NCBI GenBank assembly: GCA_038496445.1
Contig: JALMLS010000488.1
Location: forward strand, 1-64,000
From: Trichosphaerium sp. ATCC 40318
Lineage: Eukaryota > Protista > Tubulinea
Direction of reading: 5' to 3'
DNA length: 64,000 nt
Shown: one piece after another, positions 39,134 to 51,555 of the stretch
Numbering within the stretch: the stretch's first letter is position 1
How the letters are laid out: every line of letters starts with the position of its first letter
The notes under the pieces: generated by a model
The model's database searches: none
What the model was told of the DNA's origin: nothing
Seen by the model: the letters and a program-made list of their open reading frames with translations, nothing else
Made by a program: the position numbers and the translations under genes

Positions 39134-41623
39134 ATGGCCATGAACAGAATAAAAAAGTTCGGGACTGTTAAATTCCACCACAGAAAAGAACGAAATAAAT
39201 CGTTGTTTTATAAAGACCCAATGAGCTCTACTGGGCCAGGATCTATATCAACGTCTTCAATGGTGTCCTCTGAAGATATTTACAAAAAACGCAAAGTCAG
39301 CCAAGTGACTCCTAAAGCCGTTTCTTCAAAGTCTAAACATATGATTCGCTCAAGCTCTGTCGTATCATTACAACGACGAAGGAAAACTTCCGAAGAGTTA
39401 AACGTAAGACGTCATTCCAATGGCCTTAGACAATTCAAGGTGCGCCATACTCGGTACAAATAGCGGCGCTGTAGCAAGTTATAACAAAACAAGTCAAAAA
39501 TCTTTTTTTAGTTTTGTAGCAGTACTTACTGTATTAATATGACTCTTATCAGGTCATCTTGGAGTACAAAAGCAGACCTAATGAAATATTAATGATAAAA
39601 TACGTGCGTGGTATTGTGTTTCGTCACGTGACGCGTCTAATAAGCGCAAAGGACCCCTCTAGAACCATGGAAAATTTACATATGAAGCTATGCTTAGACA
39701 GGAAGCTTTCAACTGCTTTCTGGTATACATTAGATTTAGTAACAACTGCAATTCTTGTTAAAGGATGTAGGGAAGTACGGTTAATGGACGGCCAACTACC
39801 TGATAAAAAAATGGCCATGTGCGAAGTAGGCGAAAATGCAATAAGACTTGTTGAAAGCTCGGAGCAGAACGACTCTGGGATAGTGGTAGTGCACGCCTTT
39901 AGCGTACGTTGGTTTTTCTGGTTTCTATGATTTGTGCAGTAATTGGCTACTTAGGAACTTTCAGAAGATGTTAGGGTACAATCCTTTGCGAAACCTTTCA
40001 GCAGTACGAAAATCAGCTAATATTAATGGTAGAGCGTTGTTAAACGTGCTGGTGTAAGCGAAGAGGAAACAAGAGATCCAAGGAATTTTGCTGTGCGTGG
40101 TTAGAACTCCATGGTCTTTTTTTTCTAATTTTGTTTTTTTAAAGATTCTTCTCAACTGTCTCAACTTCAGGCACCATACAAAGCTACACACACTGGAACA
40201 AGTAGAAAATGGTGCTTGTGAGTTGCTTCCAAGTGGTGCACCGCCTGGACCAGACGGATTAGGTATCAAAACTTGTTCACATAATAAAACAAAGTTGTGT
40301 TTACTAATTTACTTTGTTCGCAGTGATAACTTCAGGACATCCTAAAAAACATTATGCAATGCGTCGAAAGAACGATAGGTTTTATTATGCCCAGTCTCTG
40401 ACTAAAAAAAATTACCCTGTGCGTATTTAATTCTCCGTCTTTGACAACTACTTTTTCTAAGCATGTGTATTTAGGTAGCCATCAAAAAGTTGGTTGGCAC
40501 TGACGATCAAACAGATAGTCCAGACTCGTGGCAAAGGGTTGCCAACTTTTACACTCTGTGTTCTAAATCGAAGCACTTTCCAACTTTAATTGACATCTAC
40601 CAAAGCTCAACACGCGAAGCATGGGTAAGTTTTTTTGTTCTAAGGAAGATGTATTCTAAACGTGTTTTTTATCCAGCTCATAACAGAAATGTATGAAGGA
40701 GGTACTGTCAAGGAAGCTCTCGATATAAGAACACGATTTCAAGAAGATGAAATCGCATACATAGCCAAAGGAGTACGTCACCTCATTTTTTTAATTAATA
40801 TTAATTTATTGTAATCGTGCAATCCATAATCGTAACGCATTTGAACAGATATTGAACGGTTTGGCTTATCTGCACAAACATAACTGGATACATTCAAATC
40901 TACGAGGCAGCAATGTGTTACTCACTACAGAAGGACAAGTAAAAATAGGTGCAGATCCTCTTTAGTATTCCCACAATTTTCTTACTCCTTGTTCTAAAGT
41001 TGGGTTGTCAAGAATGGAGGATGTTACTGGTTAGTACCGTAGTTCGAATGCACTTATCCTTATGTAACCAATATAGGTGGTAGTTCAACAGAAATGGTTG
41101 GGTCGCCGTTTTATATGGCGCCAGAGGTGGTAGCAAAGAAACAGCGAGGCCCACCTGCTGACATATGGAGGTTTGATTAAAACTCGTTGCTATTAAATAC
41201 CTAACTCTGTTTTTTTTTTCATACAGCTTTGGTATTACATTGATAGAGATGGCTAGAAGGCAACCACCAAATGCGTCATCTACCATAAGGGCAATGTTTG
41301 TTACAGGAACACAAGGGGTTCCACAACCCTTTAAAGACACAACAAGGTGGTCACAAAGCTTTGAGTTTTTCATGACAGAGCAAGTGCTTCGTATGGAACC
41401 TGCTGAGCGTGCAACATCCTCTGAGCTCTTAAAAGTACGTCCACATAAACCTTGCATCATTTTGAAGCCATCAACATCCTCTCTTAACGTTTGTATGTAG
41501 AGCTCATGGATAGCCAAAGCATGTGGCATTGTAAAGATGGCCTCGCTCTTTCGAGATGTTTTTCATGAAGTGCGTGTTGATGCACGTTCTAAACGCAGCA
41601 AACAAGCGTCTGCATTGTTTTGA
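39134..41623 (+). CDS. STE20/PAK-like protein kinase homolog, predicted pseudokinase
   Basis: VAIKK, EMYEGGTV, EDEIAYIAKG.LNGLAYLH, HSNLRGSNVLL, KIVGLS, MVGSPFYMAPEV, ADIWSFGITLIEMA, PAERATSSELL. Confidence 0.88.
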
Positions 41624-42079
41624 GGCGTTTGTTTTTGTTGTTTGTTGTAATTTATGTCCAAGATGAGAAAAAAAAAGAAATGTTAATGTGCAAACTTGTT
41701 ATGTGATTGAGTTGTTACCTTTCGGTCAATTACTCCCCATAACAACGAATTTTGAGTAAACAGAATTCCTTGATCTGTATTTCGTTAAAATATTGATGGA
41801 TATTTGATTGAATAAATACGTGGAGCTTGCTACAGCAAAATACCCGAAAAATAATATTTCGGCGTAATACAGAGCAAAGATGTTGTCATAACGTTTAATG
41901 AATATACTATTGTTTAAATACGGAGAATTCCTTTACGCAAAATGTAGATGATAGAGAATACAGTCACCAAGCTCCGGAGAAAAACAAGCTGAATTTTTCT
42001 GGTTAAGAGTATAAACAAACAAGGTTTGGGTGATCGATAATTTTTGTTTTTATTTTACAGTTTTTGTTTTTTTTGGAAT

Positions 42080-45000
42080 TTATTCTTCAAGTTCTAGTTC
42101 GTCAAATCCTTTTTCAGCTTCTTCTCTTCTGATTACCATTGCAATAAATTCAGGATCAGTCATACCTTCAGAAAGATGATCAGGATCAGGTGGTGTAGGG
42201 TAATACACCTGTTGCACAAATGGTGGTGGTGATGACTCTACTGGTTCAATACCAGCAGCTGTAAGTAGCACGTCACGCAACATGTGTTTCTCCTGTAATT
42301 CATTTTCGATTTCATCAAAACTGCCAATACTCATTTCACGTGCGTAGTCTACAATATTTTGCAACGCTTTCAAGTTGCCCCTTGTGGTACCATCGGTAAA
42401 CTCGGAGCGATCGTAGTAAACAATAGGTTGAGGAGGTGTTCTCATGGCGCCTTCCATCTCAGGTTCTGGCTCACCCAAGTCTTGAATATATCTCTCAACA
42501 CCGGCAGCATTAAGGCTTGAAATGTGATTGTAAAGCGCTTTAGTGTTCTCCTTCATCTTTTGTTGAGCTTCATATTCATCCATAGGCGTTGCAACACCAT
42601 CGAGTAGTATATCACTCATTTTTTCAGTGTATTCTTGAAGGAGAGCAGTGTTCTTATGGCCTTCAGAAAGCTCTTGAGAGTACTGTGTAATGATCTTTCT
42701 AATACTTGGCGTTCCAACAATCAGACGCCGTTTAAAAGATTTGCCAACGTCGTCCAACATAGCGAGTGTGGCATTATGAATTGTTGGTTCTGTTCTTTCT
42801 TCCTTCGTTTTTTTTATTCGCTTCCAATTTGGCCATGTACCATCCTTATTTTTCCTCATTTTACCTTGAGGAAGGTCTGGGAATTTTTTAACGACTTCTT
42901 CCGTTTTTGGAATAGACTTCTCCAGTGATAGGTATTCTGCAATTTTCGCTTTGAATGATTTTGCTGCCTCATACGCCTCTTTTTTAAATTCTTCTGTACG
43001 CTCAACAGGGTATGGATTCACATCGTCAAAATTATGTACACCACGTGCAAGTTTAGCTCGCTTTTCGTATTCGCATGCATCATCCCTAAAATAAAGTAAA
43101 TTAATTGATGGGAGCAACAGCGGCAGAGCAACACAGAAAACGCACAATCAAAAGACAAAAAGAAATACAAAAAAAATAAAGCGAGAAGGACAAAGTTACG
43201 TACGGATTGATTGACTTTACAAATGTTTCTTTACTGTCCGGCATGAGGTACCCATACACAAAGTTGAGTGGAAGCATATCCTTCTTCTGAAATTCTGCAA
43301 TCTCTGAAGCGTCTGCCAATATGACCGGAGTGTTGCCCTAAAAAAGAAGGAGATATTTAAAACAAAAAAAGCATTTTTATCCAGTTTGAAATATTTGTGT
43401 CTACTTACCCTATCAACAATCTCATTAATTGATTGTATACTGATGAGGTAGAAATGACTCTTGAGTAAGTAAAATTCTATACAAGCATGTTAAAGAGAGG
43501 CAGTGAAAATGAGAAAAAAGTAAAAAAAAAAGAGAATACTAACGTAAAACGCCTTCAGCTGCAAGCTCTTCTATAGCCATGTAACTTATGAAACGGTAAC
43601 GGGCCATATCTTCTTCATCTGTTTCCTATTGACAAGGTTGAGAAGAATAGAAGCAACAACATTCGAATATAGAGAAACAAAAGTATGTACCACTGGCTTT
43701 CTAGTCGTCATCTCCTTTACAAGTTCGAAGTTACTACCCATTTTTTGCATCTCAAGCATTTCTGAAACAACCTGTTTAGCAAAAAGAGGAGGTCTTAAGC
43801 AGTCAAAAAAAAATGCAAAAAAAGTGCGTACTATCTACAGTGAGACCAACAGCATCGACTAGTACAACAATATTTTGTTTGTAAACTCTAATATCATGGT
43901 CTGCATTCCAATTGGCTGGTATGTACTACAAAAACGTTAGTACAAGCACACACTAATTATTTTTATTCATTCACTACGTACGCGGAATGGCGGAGAGTCT
44001 TGAGCGAGAAGCTCTCTTTCAGCAAGTTTTTGAGCGGCTTCGTTGTCTTGTTGTTCTCTAAAATAGTCTACCTCAATTTCAAAAGGTGACTTCTCCGTTT
44101 GAGTGTATATTACTTTAGGCACTTTAAAGCCCATAGCATTAAGAATATAGTTCCTGTTGTTTGTGATTTTAAAAGCCAAGCCTGGGTACCACGGGCAAAA
44201 AAGCTCTACCAAGGGTTTGTCTAAGATTAACAATGTTAGAAGAATATAATATTAGAATAGACACAAACGGATTTCGAATCCATTTTGACGTTAAATTAGA
44301 AAGGTTATTGACGTACCAAAAACAATTGCTGGATCTCCAACAAAATAATCAAATGCTCCAACCAACCTTTTTTGAATAAATTGTGGTACTGGTAGAATAC
44401 CATAGAACCAATCAAAAGGCTCTTTCACCATCCAATACGCAAAAGTAAAGTAGTATATTGAAGGTGTCAGTAATGCTCGAATAACTGCGTAGAATGGAAA
44501 ACCAACGACAACTACTGGTCCAAACACAATTGAATCCACGGTATCGAGAACCGTGTCTAAGTAAATGGATTTAATAAAGACTGATCAACCCCGTTGCAAA
44601 AGAATGATTTAAAAAGACGTGATTATTGCACAATATCACGTGATTAAAAAAAAAGTTGACACGTGATCCAAGTTGTTTTTGGTTTGTGTTGTAAAGGGAT
44701 AACTTACGCATGTATGGCCGACTATAACCCATTTCATATAGTCCTCTGCGGAATAAAAAGAATCCGAGAACAAACAAGAGAATATACATCATGTACGTCT
44801 TGAATTTTTTGTTATCTTCTTCTGTTTCACGCCAAAACCATGAAGGTACAACATTCTGAGATTTAATCCATTCTTTCCACTCTTTGTACTTTTCTTTGTA
44901 AATATCTTCCTAAACAAGAAAAACCAATCAGAAGACTTTCTACAAAAAAACAAAAAAAGGTGGGTGCGCACAAGAAAATAAACCATTTCTGTTTTAGTGT

Positions 45001-48000
45001 AATGGTGCCAAGCTATTGAGGCCACAGCTTGAAATATTGGTTCTTGCAACTCATCTGCTAAATCTGCGTCGTTTATATTTGCAATAGTAGCCATTAATTG
45101 TGTGTTGCCGGATGGGATGCCAAGTACGGTATCTACGCCCTCTAGCAATTCTTTGTTTAGACCTAAATCGAGACACATTAGTTCATATTATACATTATTA
45201 TAAAGAAAACGGGGAGAGGGTACCTAGACGGCGAAGTTGCTTAAAATAGTTGTGTATTGTCACCTTATCAAATCTTTCAATCTATAGTATCGTTAGTTAG
45301 TGATGGCAGTCATGACATATACATGGTAGTTTGTAAACGTACATGCAAAAAATATGGTATATTAAATGAATCCCTAGGTCGTGTCTCTTCAAAGAGAGGC
45401 TGGTAAAAGAAGGAGTAAGTTGATTACAAAGCAATATGTTACCAAGCAAAACGTATTTATATACTTACCGCAAGAGAGTAACAAACACCTTCTAAAAGAT
45501 GTATACGGTTAAGTACTTTGTTAACATAGAATCTATGCTGGAAGAGCATTTGCTCAAATAAATCTGTATGCAAATATGCCAATTCTGGTCCTGTCATTTT
45601 ACAACTTGGATGAAGTTTCAAAACAAGGTATGCTAACCCTTCAAGCCTGTCACTATAGTACTTAGGTTAGTGATAAACTGCGGTGTTGTTTCTATCAACA
45701 AAACCCAAAAATGAGCGTACGTTGGTATTTTTAAGACTTTCAAATGTCCATCCTTACTAAATAATGCTCTCCATTGATCTAGCTTGTTATCTTCAGGAAG
45801 AAGATGATCTTCTAGTTCCCAAGTAAACCTACATTCAGCTTTCTCATGAGCTCTAGAGATGCGTGTTCCTTTCATATCCCAGTGTCCTTCCATTGTCAAT
45901 TGATTCTTTGGTTGAGCAAGCACTAGCGCAGTTCCAGGATCCACCTTTTTCTTTTTTTTGCCTTTAGCAGGCTCTGTTTCATCGCCATCACTGGCTGGCG
46001 TTCCATCCTCTACAGCATCATCTTTGCCAACTTGTTTATTTTCTTCTTCTGGAGTTTGCTCGGATGAAGGCTTTGGTTCTGCAACGTCCGGTTTAGATTC
46101 TTCTACACCTTCACCAGATTTTGTAGGCTCTGGTTCAGTACTCTCATCTTGCTTCGGAGAAGGCTCACTAGGCTTCTCACCACCTTGGGGTTGCGTACTA
46201 TCTGGTGTAGCTTTTGCATCCGGAGTAGGTGGTGGTACCACAATATCTTCTTTAGCAGGTTGTTCAGGTACGTCTTTAGGCGTTTGCTTCGGTTCTACAG
46301 GCTCAGAAGGTTGAGGTGGTGTTTCTGGTTTGGGTGGTTCTTGATCAGTGTTCTCAGCCTCCGTTGGTTCGCTAGGTTTAACAACATCCTGCGCCTGGGC
46401 GGTATCTGCAGATGTAGTATCTGCGGTTGGTGTAGGTTGAGGCTTCGGTTTACGTTTTTTAGGTTTAGGTTTGCTGTCTGCTGGTGGTACGTCTACATTA
46501 AAGTTAGATTCCTACCGTGCTTTTAAAATCTTACCCGGTTGAGGCGGTGCATCACCTGCTGGTGCCCCTGCGGCACCTAATAGAAGTCTCTCACGGGTTT
46601 GATTTACTGCTTGCTCTCGCTGAGCCGCTAACTTCCGTTTAAGCATCTCACGCTCAACATTATTAATATGCAAGCCGGCGTTTGCTGAAAGAGACCACCA
46701 AGCTGGTTGAAAGGAAAAGTTAGACTTCTCCATGTAGTCAATTAAAGACTCTTTATCCATGTAATCATCTACACCACTAAGGAGCGCGTTCATTATCTGA
46801 TACTCTGTAACATCCTGATAGTTATGCCATCCCCACTTTACAAAGTTACGCAAAGCAATCTGTCTGCCTCGTCCTTGTACGCTTGTAATATATGAAGTCT
46901 GTAATAGTAATTACCTGTCAGTGCCCGTAGCTACAAACAAAAGATACAAAAAAAAAAGGGTTGTATCTTATTTTTCGATTATAAACTTACCAGATGTTCT
47001 TCTTCGCCTGTAGTAGCCCACGTCAGGAAACCAGGCATTTCGTGATAATTAACACCATGTTCTGCAATCAGTTTCTTCACCTTGCGGATCACAAAACCTG
47101 TTGGATAATAACTCTTTATCTTGTGTAGTTCACGCCACCACTCAGCCATTTTATACAAGCCTTTCGCCAAGTCTTTAATCTCGTAATCAACATAGAGATA
47201 ACGATGAAGACCAACGTATTTTTTGGCCAATACAATACCAGGAGGGATTGTGTGATTACTTTCCTCAGCAGCCTCTGCTACATCTTCGTATAAAGACGTT
47301 CTAAGGTAATTCCGAACATATTCGACAAGGGGGTTAGGTGGTTCCTCAGAATCATTTAATGATACTTCACGCATGTTTCTTTGAAAAAAAAAGTATCAGT
47401 AACCATCAAAAGGGGTAAAAAAAACCCAAAAAGAAATATGCTCTAACATACCCTTTTAATAGATTTTCTTCGTTCTGTTTATCTATACGCTCGCATATAT
47501 CTGCAATAGAAATATCAGCAGTGTCAGGATTAAGACGCTGAGCCTGTAATCTGTCAAGAACTTCAGGTCCAAGGATTCTCTTCTCAGCGCTTGTAAGTGG
47601 CGAGTTCAATAGCATGACTCTAACAGCTACATCCTCTTCAAGTGTTTGAGGAAGTCTACCATTCTTTATACCAAGTTTACGGAGTACAAGGCGCTGCTCT
47701 GGAGAAAGAACAATAATGGCTTGATCCAACTCATGCTTTTTAGCCACTTTCGACTTGAGCGACATGGCTCTGTCAAAAAATTCATCTTTAGTGCGGCTAC
47801 TAAGCTCTCCAAATCCTGGCGCTTTGTCCGTCTTCGGAAAGTTATTGTAAGAATATCGGAGTGCACGCTTGTGTTGATTGAAAACCTTTAAACACACCAT
47901 GTTAGCAAGAAAGGCACTCTCTTTTGCAAAAAAAAAAAAACCACTACCTTTCGGATGTCGGCTGCTAATTTGTCTTTCCAGTCTTCTGCCCTATCTTCCA

Positions 48001-49135
48001 AATTACGTTCATGCCTCTCTTTTGAGCTATCATCCAATACTGATTTTTGTTCTGCTGTCAAGCGACCAAATGCTTCTTGTATCATCTCTGGAGTAACACC
48101 ATATTCTAAAGAAAGGTACTCACTGGGATTCTTCATAATTTTATCTACATGCTCTTTATCTTCGCCAGTAGGTCTATGCGCTAAAATCTCAGCCTCGTGT
48201 ACCGAGATTGTGCCGCTTGCTGCTGCATGAAGAAGGACTTGAGAGTAACTAGAGCGAAGGTTTTCGAAGGCGTCTGAACCTCTTATATGCGTTGCAGCGA
48301 ATTGCTTTCCATTCTTCCAGAACGCAGCTACTCGATCAGGTTTCAACTTGTTTTCTTTGAAAACGTCTTCTAGGTGTTCAATAAACGCTTCAGCGCTTTC
48401 CATCTCAGGTACGTTATCTTCTTTGAGAGGGAACAGCTTTTCACTAAACATTTGTATGGCCTTATCAATATCACCTTTTGCTTCGAGAGCAACTGAGTCA
48501 AGCATTTCGGTGACCACTTTAGGTGACAATCCATAGTCTTTAGCGAACGATTTTGTTATTTGATCCACTTGTTTGCGTTCTATCTCGTAGTTTTTCTCTG
48601 CAAACGCTTGAATAGTCTAAACCTACGCATCAGAACCAGCAAGCAAGCACAATTACGCATAAATAACTTGACGTACGTTTGGACTTGCTTCTCTTTGAAA
48701 TTTTAGCTCCGTTACAAGCAAATCTGTGTAGTGGAACTTCATTGATAACTGCAATTGCGTCGGATATTCAGGTTCATCAAATTCTTCAGCACTTATTGTA
48801 TCGGTTGGTGTCACCCACTCAAATTTGTCTTTTTTGGCCTCTGAAGGAAGAACTGACTCGTCTTCTGGTGCCTCTTCTGCTTGTGTGTTAGAAGACACCA
48901 AAGGTTTCTATAGACACGATCTGCGGTCGTAAACGTGTTTATTGTGCGTAAGCGTACCAGGTTTTGGTGGTGGTTCTGCATTTACATCTATCTTTTCTGT
49001 TTCCGCCTTTTCGGCCTCTTCTGTAGCGTAATCGCGACGAAAAACAGAGTGGCGTTGGGTACCATGCGCTCTTTTAGCTTTAATGCTCAGGTGGCCGTAT
49101 TTTATGCCAGAGCCGCGACATAAAGCTTTAATCAT
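42080..49135 (-). CDS. Very large multi-exon protein of unknown function; mitochondrial presequence-like N-terminus, Pro/Glu-rich linker, TM segments
   Basis: Long same-strand ORFs separated by short GT-AG introns. N-terminus MIKALCRGSGIKYGHLSIKAKRAHGTQRHSVFRRDYAT; hydrophobic segments near 44300-44790. It could be more than one gene. Confidence 0.65.
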
Positions 49136-49418
49136 TGCGTTACAGTGTGTTTTAGCTGTATTTACTAATATAAACTCACTACACTGCTAAAAGTAACTAC
49201 AACCGAGAGTTGACACACACCCAACTGTCAGTGGCCCTTTCCGCAGTGAATATACGCTCAAAAATTTCTCAAGAAGAAAAAACAGTCACAAAAAGTCAAA
49301 ACATACATTTCACAAAAATTTTTCGTTTTATTTTGGTGCACGCGATTAAACAACATGATGAACAAACCGACATGCTATGTACAAGCTGACGAGCAGAGAT
49401 GTTCGGGAAAATGACAAT

Positions 49419-50818
49419 CTACACAGCACCAACTGGTGGTATCTGACCAATGCGTTTACGTATTGATGGATAGCGTACCAACGCGTTCTAAGAAAGAGTT
49501 AATAATTTACTGTCTTTTCAAGTTCAGTATAAAGCGTGCCTGTACAACCGATACAAAATCCGTTGACGGTGCAACTTTGCATAGATATCCAAGTACTTTC
49601 CCTTTATCCTGTTCTGTGGCTATACGATGATTTTTACTTAGTGTTTGGAGCAATTCTAAAGCAACACAGACGTTGAATAGGTGACCCAAACTGATTACTC
49701 GATCCCATAGCCTTAAAACAAAAAAAAAATAAAAATGTTGTTGAGCCACAAAGCTGTGCAAGTACCCAAATAATAATTTAGTTGGAAACAACAGACTGAA
49801 ATTGCTTCTAAACCATATATTCGCAAAATCGTCCAATGATATCGACAAGGATGCCAAATGGTCATTTAAAACGGGATCTATTTGCTCCAATAGCCTGCCC
49901 AAAATTGAGATTTGATGAGCTGCTCCCATGTCCTGTAACGTTAGTTTCATCTCGTACAACTCAAAAATTTCGTACTGGCAGTTGTAGGAATCCGTAAAAC
50001 GACCTAAGGTATAAACGTCAACAAAGACAAGACAGACTCAAGGTCAGTACCAGTAAGCTTCAATTTCATCATCAAAAACAAAGGCAAACACACGTCCAAT
50101 CTTTCTCAGTTCGTCACGTGATGGCACGTGACTGGATGGTGGCATTACCTAAGATTTTCGAAATAAGACTACTTATGCATACAGCCCTGGTGAGTGGCAA
50201 ACCTGGTTTTGGAAATGAAGATGACTCTCGTACACGTTGCACAAGATTGGCACGACATTGTCAACAAACTTTTTTTTTAACCTGCTCGATCCTGCACGAC
50301 TAACGTGTATGTCACTCAAAAGATTACTCAGTACGAGAGGCGTACAGTACATTCTCTGGCGGCATTGTAGCAGTACGCCACAAGAATGTGGCTCGTTTTA
50401 AATCAGCGTATTCCTGGGCTTTCTGTTCTTGTACAAACATCCACGCATCCCTCTCCAGAGGAGCTGTACCTAATCACGTGTTTGTTAAATGGAAACATTT
50501 GGGTGAAGCGTCAAGCGATTACCTAAAAAAATCTTCCATACTGTACTTCTCAGCTTTGGTGGTATTTCAAATAACGAACTCTTTGCCTGAGACTGAGAGA
50601 ATGATTGGCTTTCGAGAATGCGTAGTACTGTTTCTTTGTCTGTTGTTTCGCTAAGTTAGAATATCCGTGTATTCTACGTTAGTACCTAATATTCTCTCCG
50701 ATAGAGCTTGTTCTAGCTTACTTTGTTGCTGTTTCGTACCACGAATGCCTAAAGTATTCAAAAACTGGACACGAAACCTACTGTCGCGACGGTCGCGAGG
50801 TGAGCGTGGTTTTTGCAT
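49419..50818 (-). CDS. TBC1D7: TBC1 domain family member 7 (TSC complex subunit)-like
   Basis: N-terminus RFRVQFLNTLGIRGTKQQQSKLEQAL resembles TBC1D7 NFRSxYYEKVGFRG. C-terminal IDPVLNDHL...WFRSNFSLLFP..L.RLWDRVISLG. Confidence 0.75.
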
Positions 50819-50880
50819 GAATAAGGTGATTTGTAAAGAAACTTAACGACAATTTACTCATCTCCTATTTACGCACCACT

Positions 50881-51394
50881 ATGGCATACGCAAACAAGAA
50901 AGAAGCGTTATACCAAGAGCTGATGGGCGCTATGCAAGAATCAAGTGATTATTTAAACAAATTACGCACCCATGGCCTCAGTGCTGTTCCTATTCAGTCT
51001 AAACCCGCAAAAACAAAAAAACAGTATGAAATTGCTTTGAGTGACATTTTTACAACGGTTTAGGCCTCTAACAGAGGAAGAGATAATAGCACTTGTATCT
51101 GACGTGCAAGCACTCGCGCCAGCAGATATTAACGAAGTGATTCTTTTGATTGCTGATGAGTTCCCACATATTCTCGAGGTTAGTACTCTCGTACTGATTG
51201 GATTCAATCTTAACGTTTCTACAGCATAATACCGCCGAGCAAGTACAAATAAATTTTCAAGCGCTATCAGACGTTACTTTACACGCAATAAAAGGTACTG
51301 GACCATCTCAATACTTCAAATCATGACATATGCCTTAGCGTACACGTCAAACAGAAAATGGGCCAAAGATGCAACTGACGACAGTGCTTCATAG
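50881..51394 (+). CDS. Small stand-alone ET/NET (BET extra-terminal) domain protein
   Basis: PLTEEEIIALVSDVQALAPADINEVILLI...EQVQINFQALSDVTLHAIK matches the ET consensus; no bromodomain. Confidence 0.75.
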
Positions 51395-51555
51395 TGAGTC
51401 TAAACGCTAGATTATAAGTAAAAACGTTTGTACATAAAAACATGTAAAAAGAAGGCAGAGATCATCGTATTTGCCGAAAAAATTTGACAACCAAACTCCA
51501 CTTGTTACTTGTTTTCTGTTGCAACAGGAATAATAAAACATAAAAGGAGTTAGTA

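Noticed and set aside
4255-50818. Functional cluster of endolysosomal/TOR or ribosome-QC genes (RPS6, RNF10, VPS8, TBC1D9-like, SPG11, TBC1D7)
   Set aside because: These genes are interspersed with unrelated ones on mixed strands; chance is adequate without synteny data.
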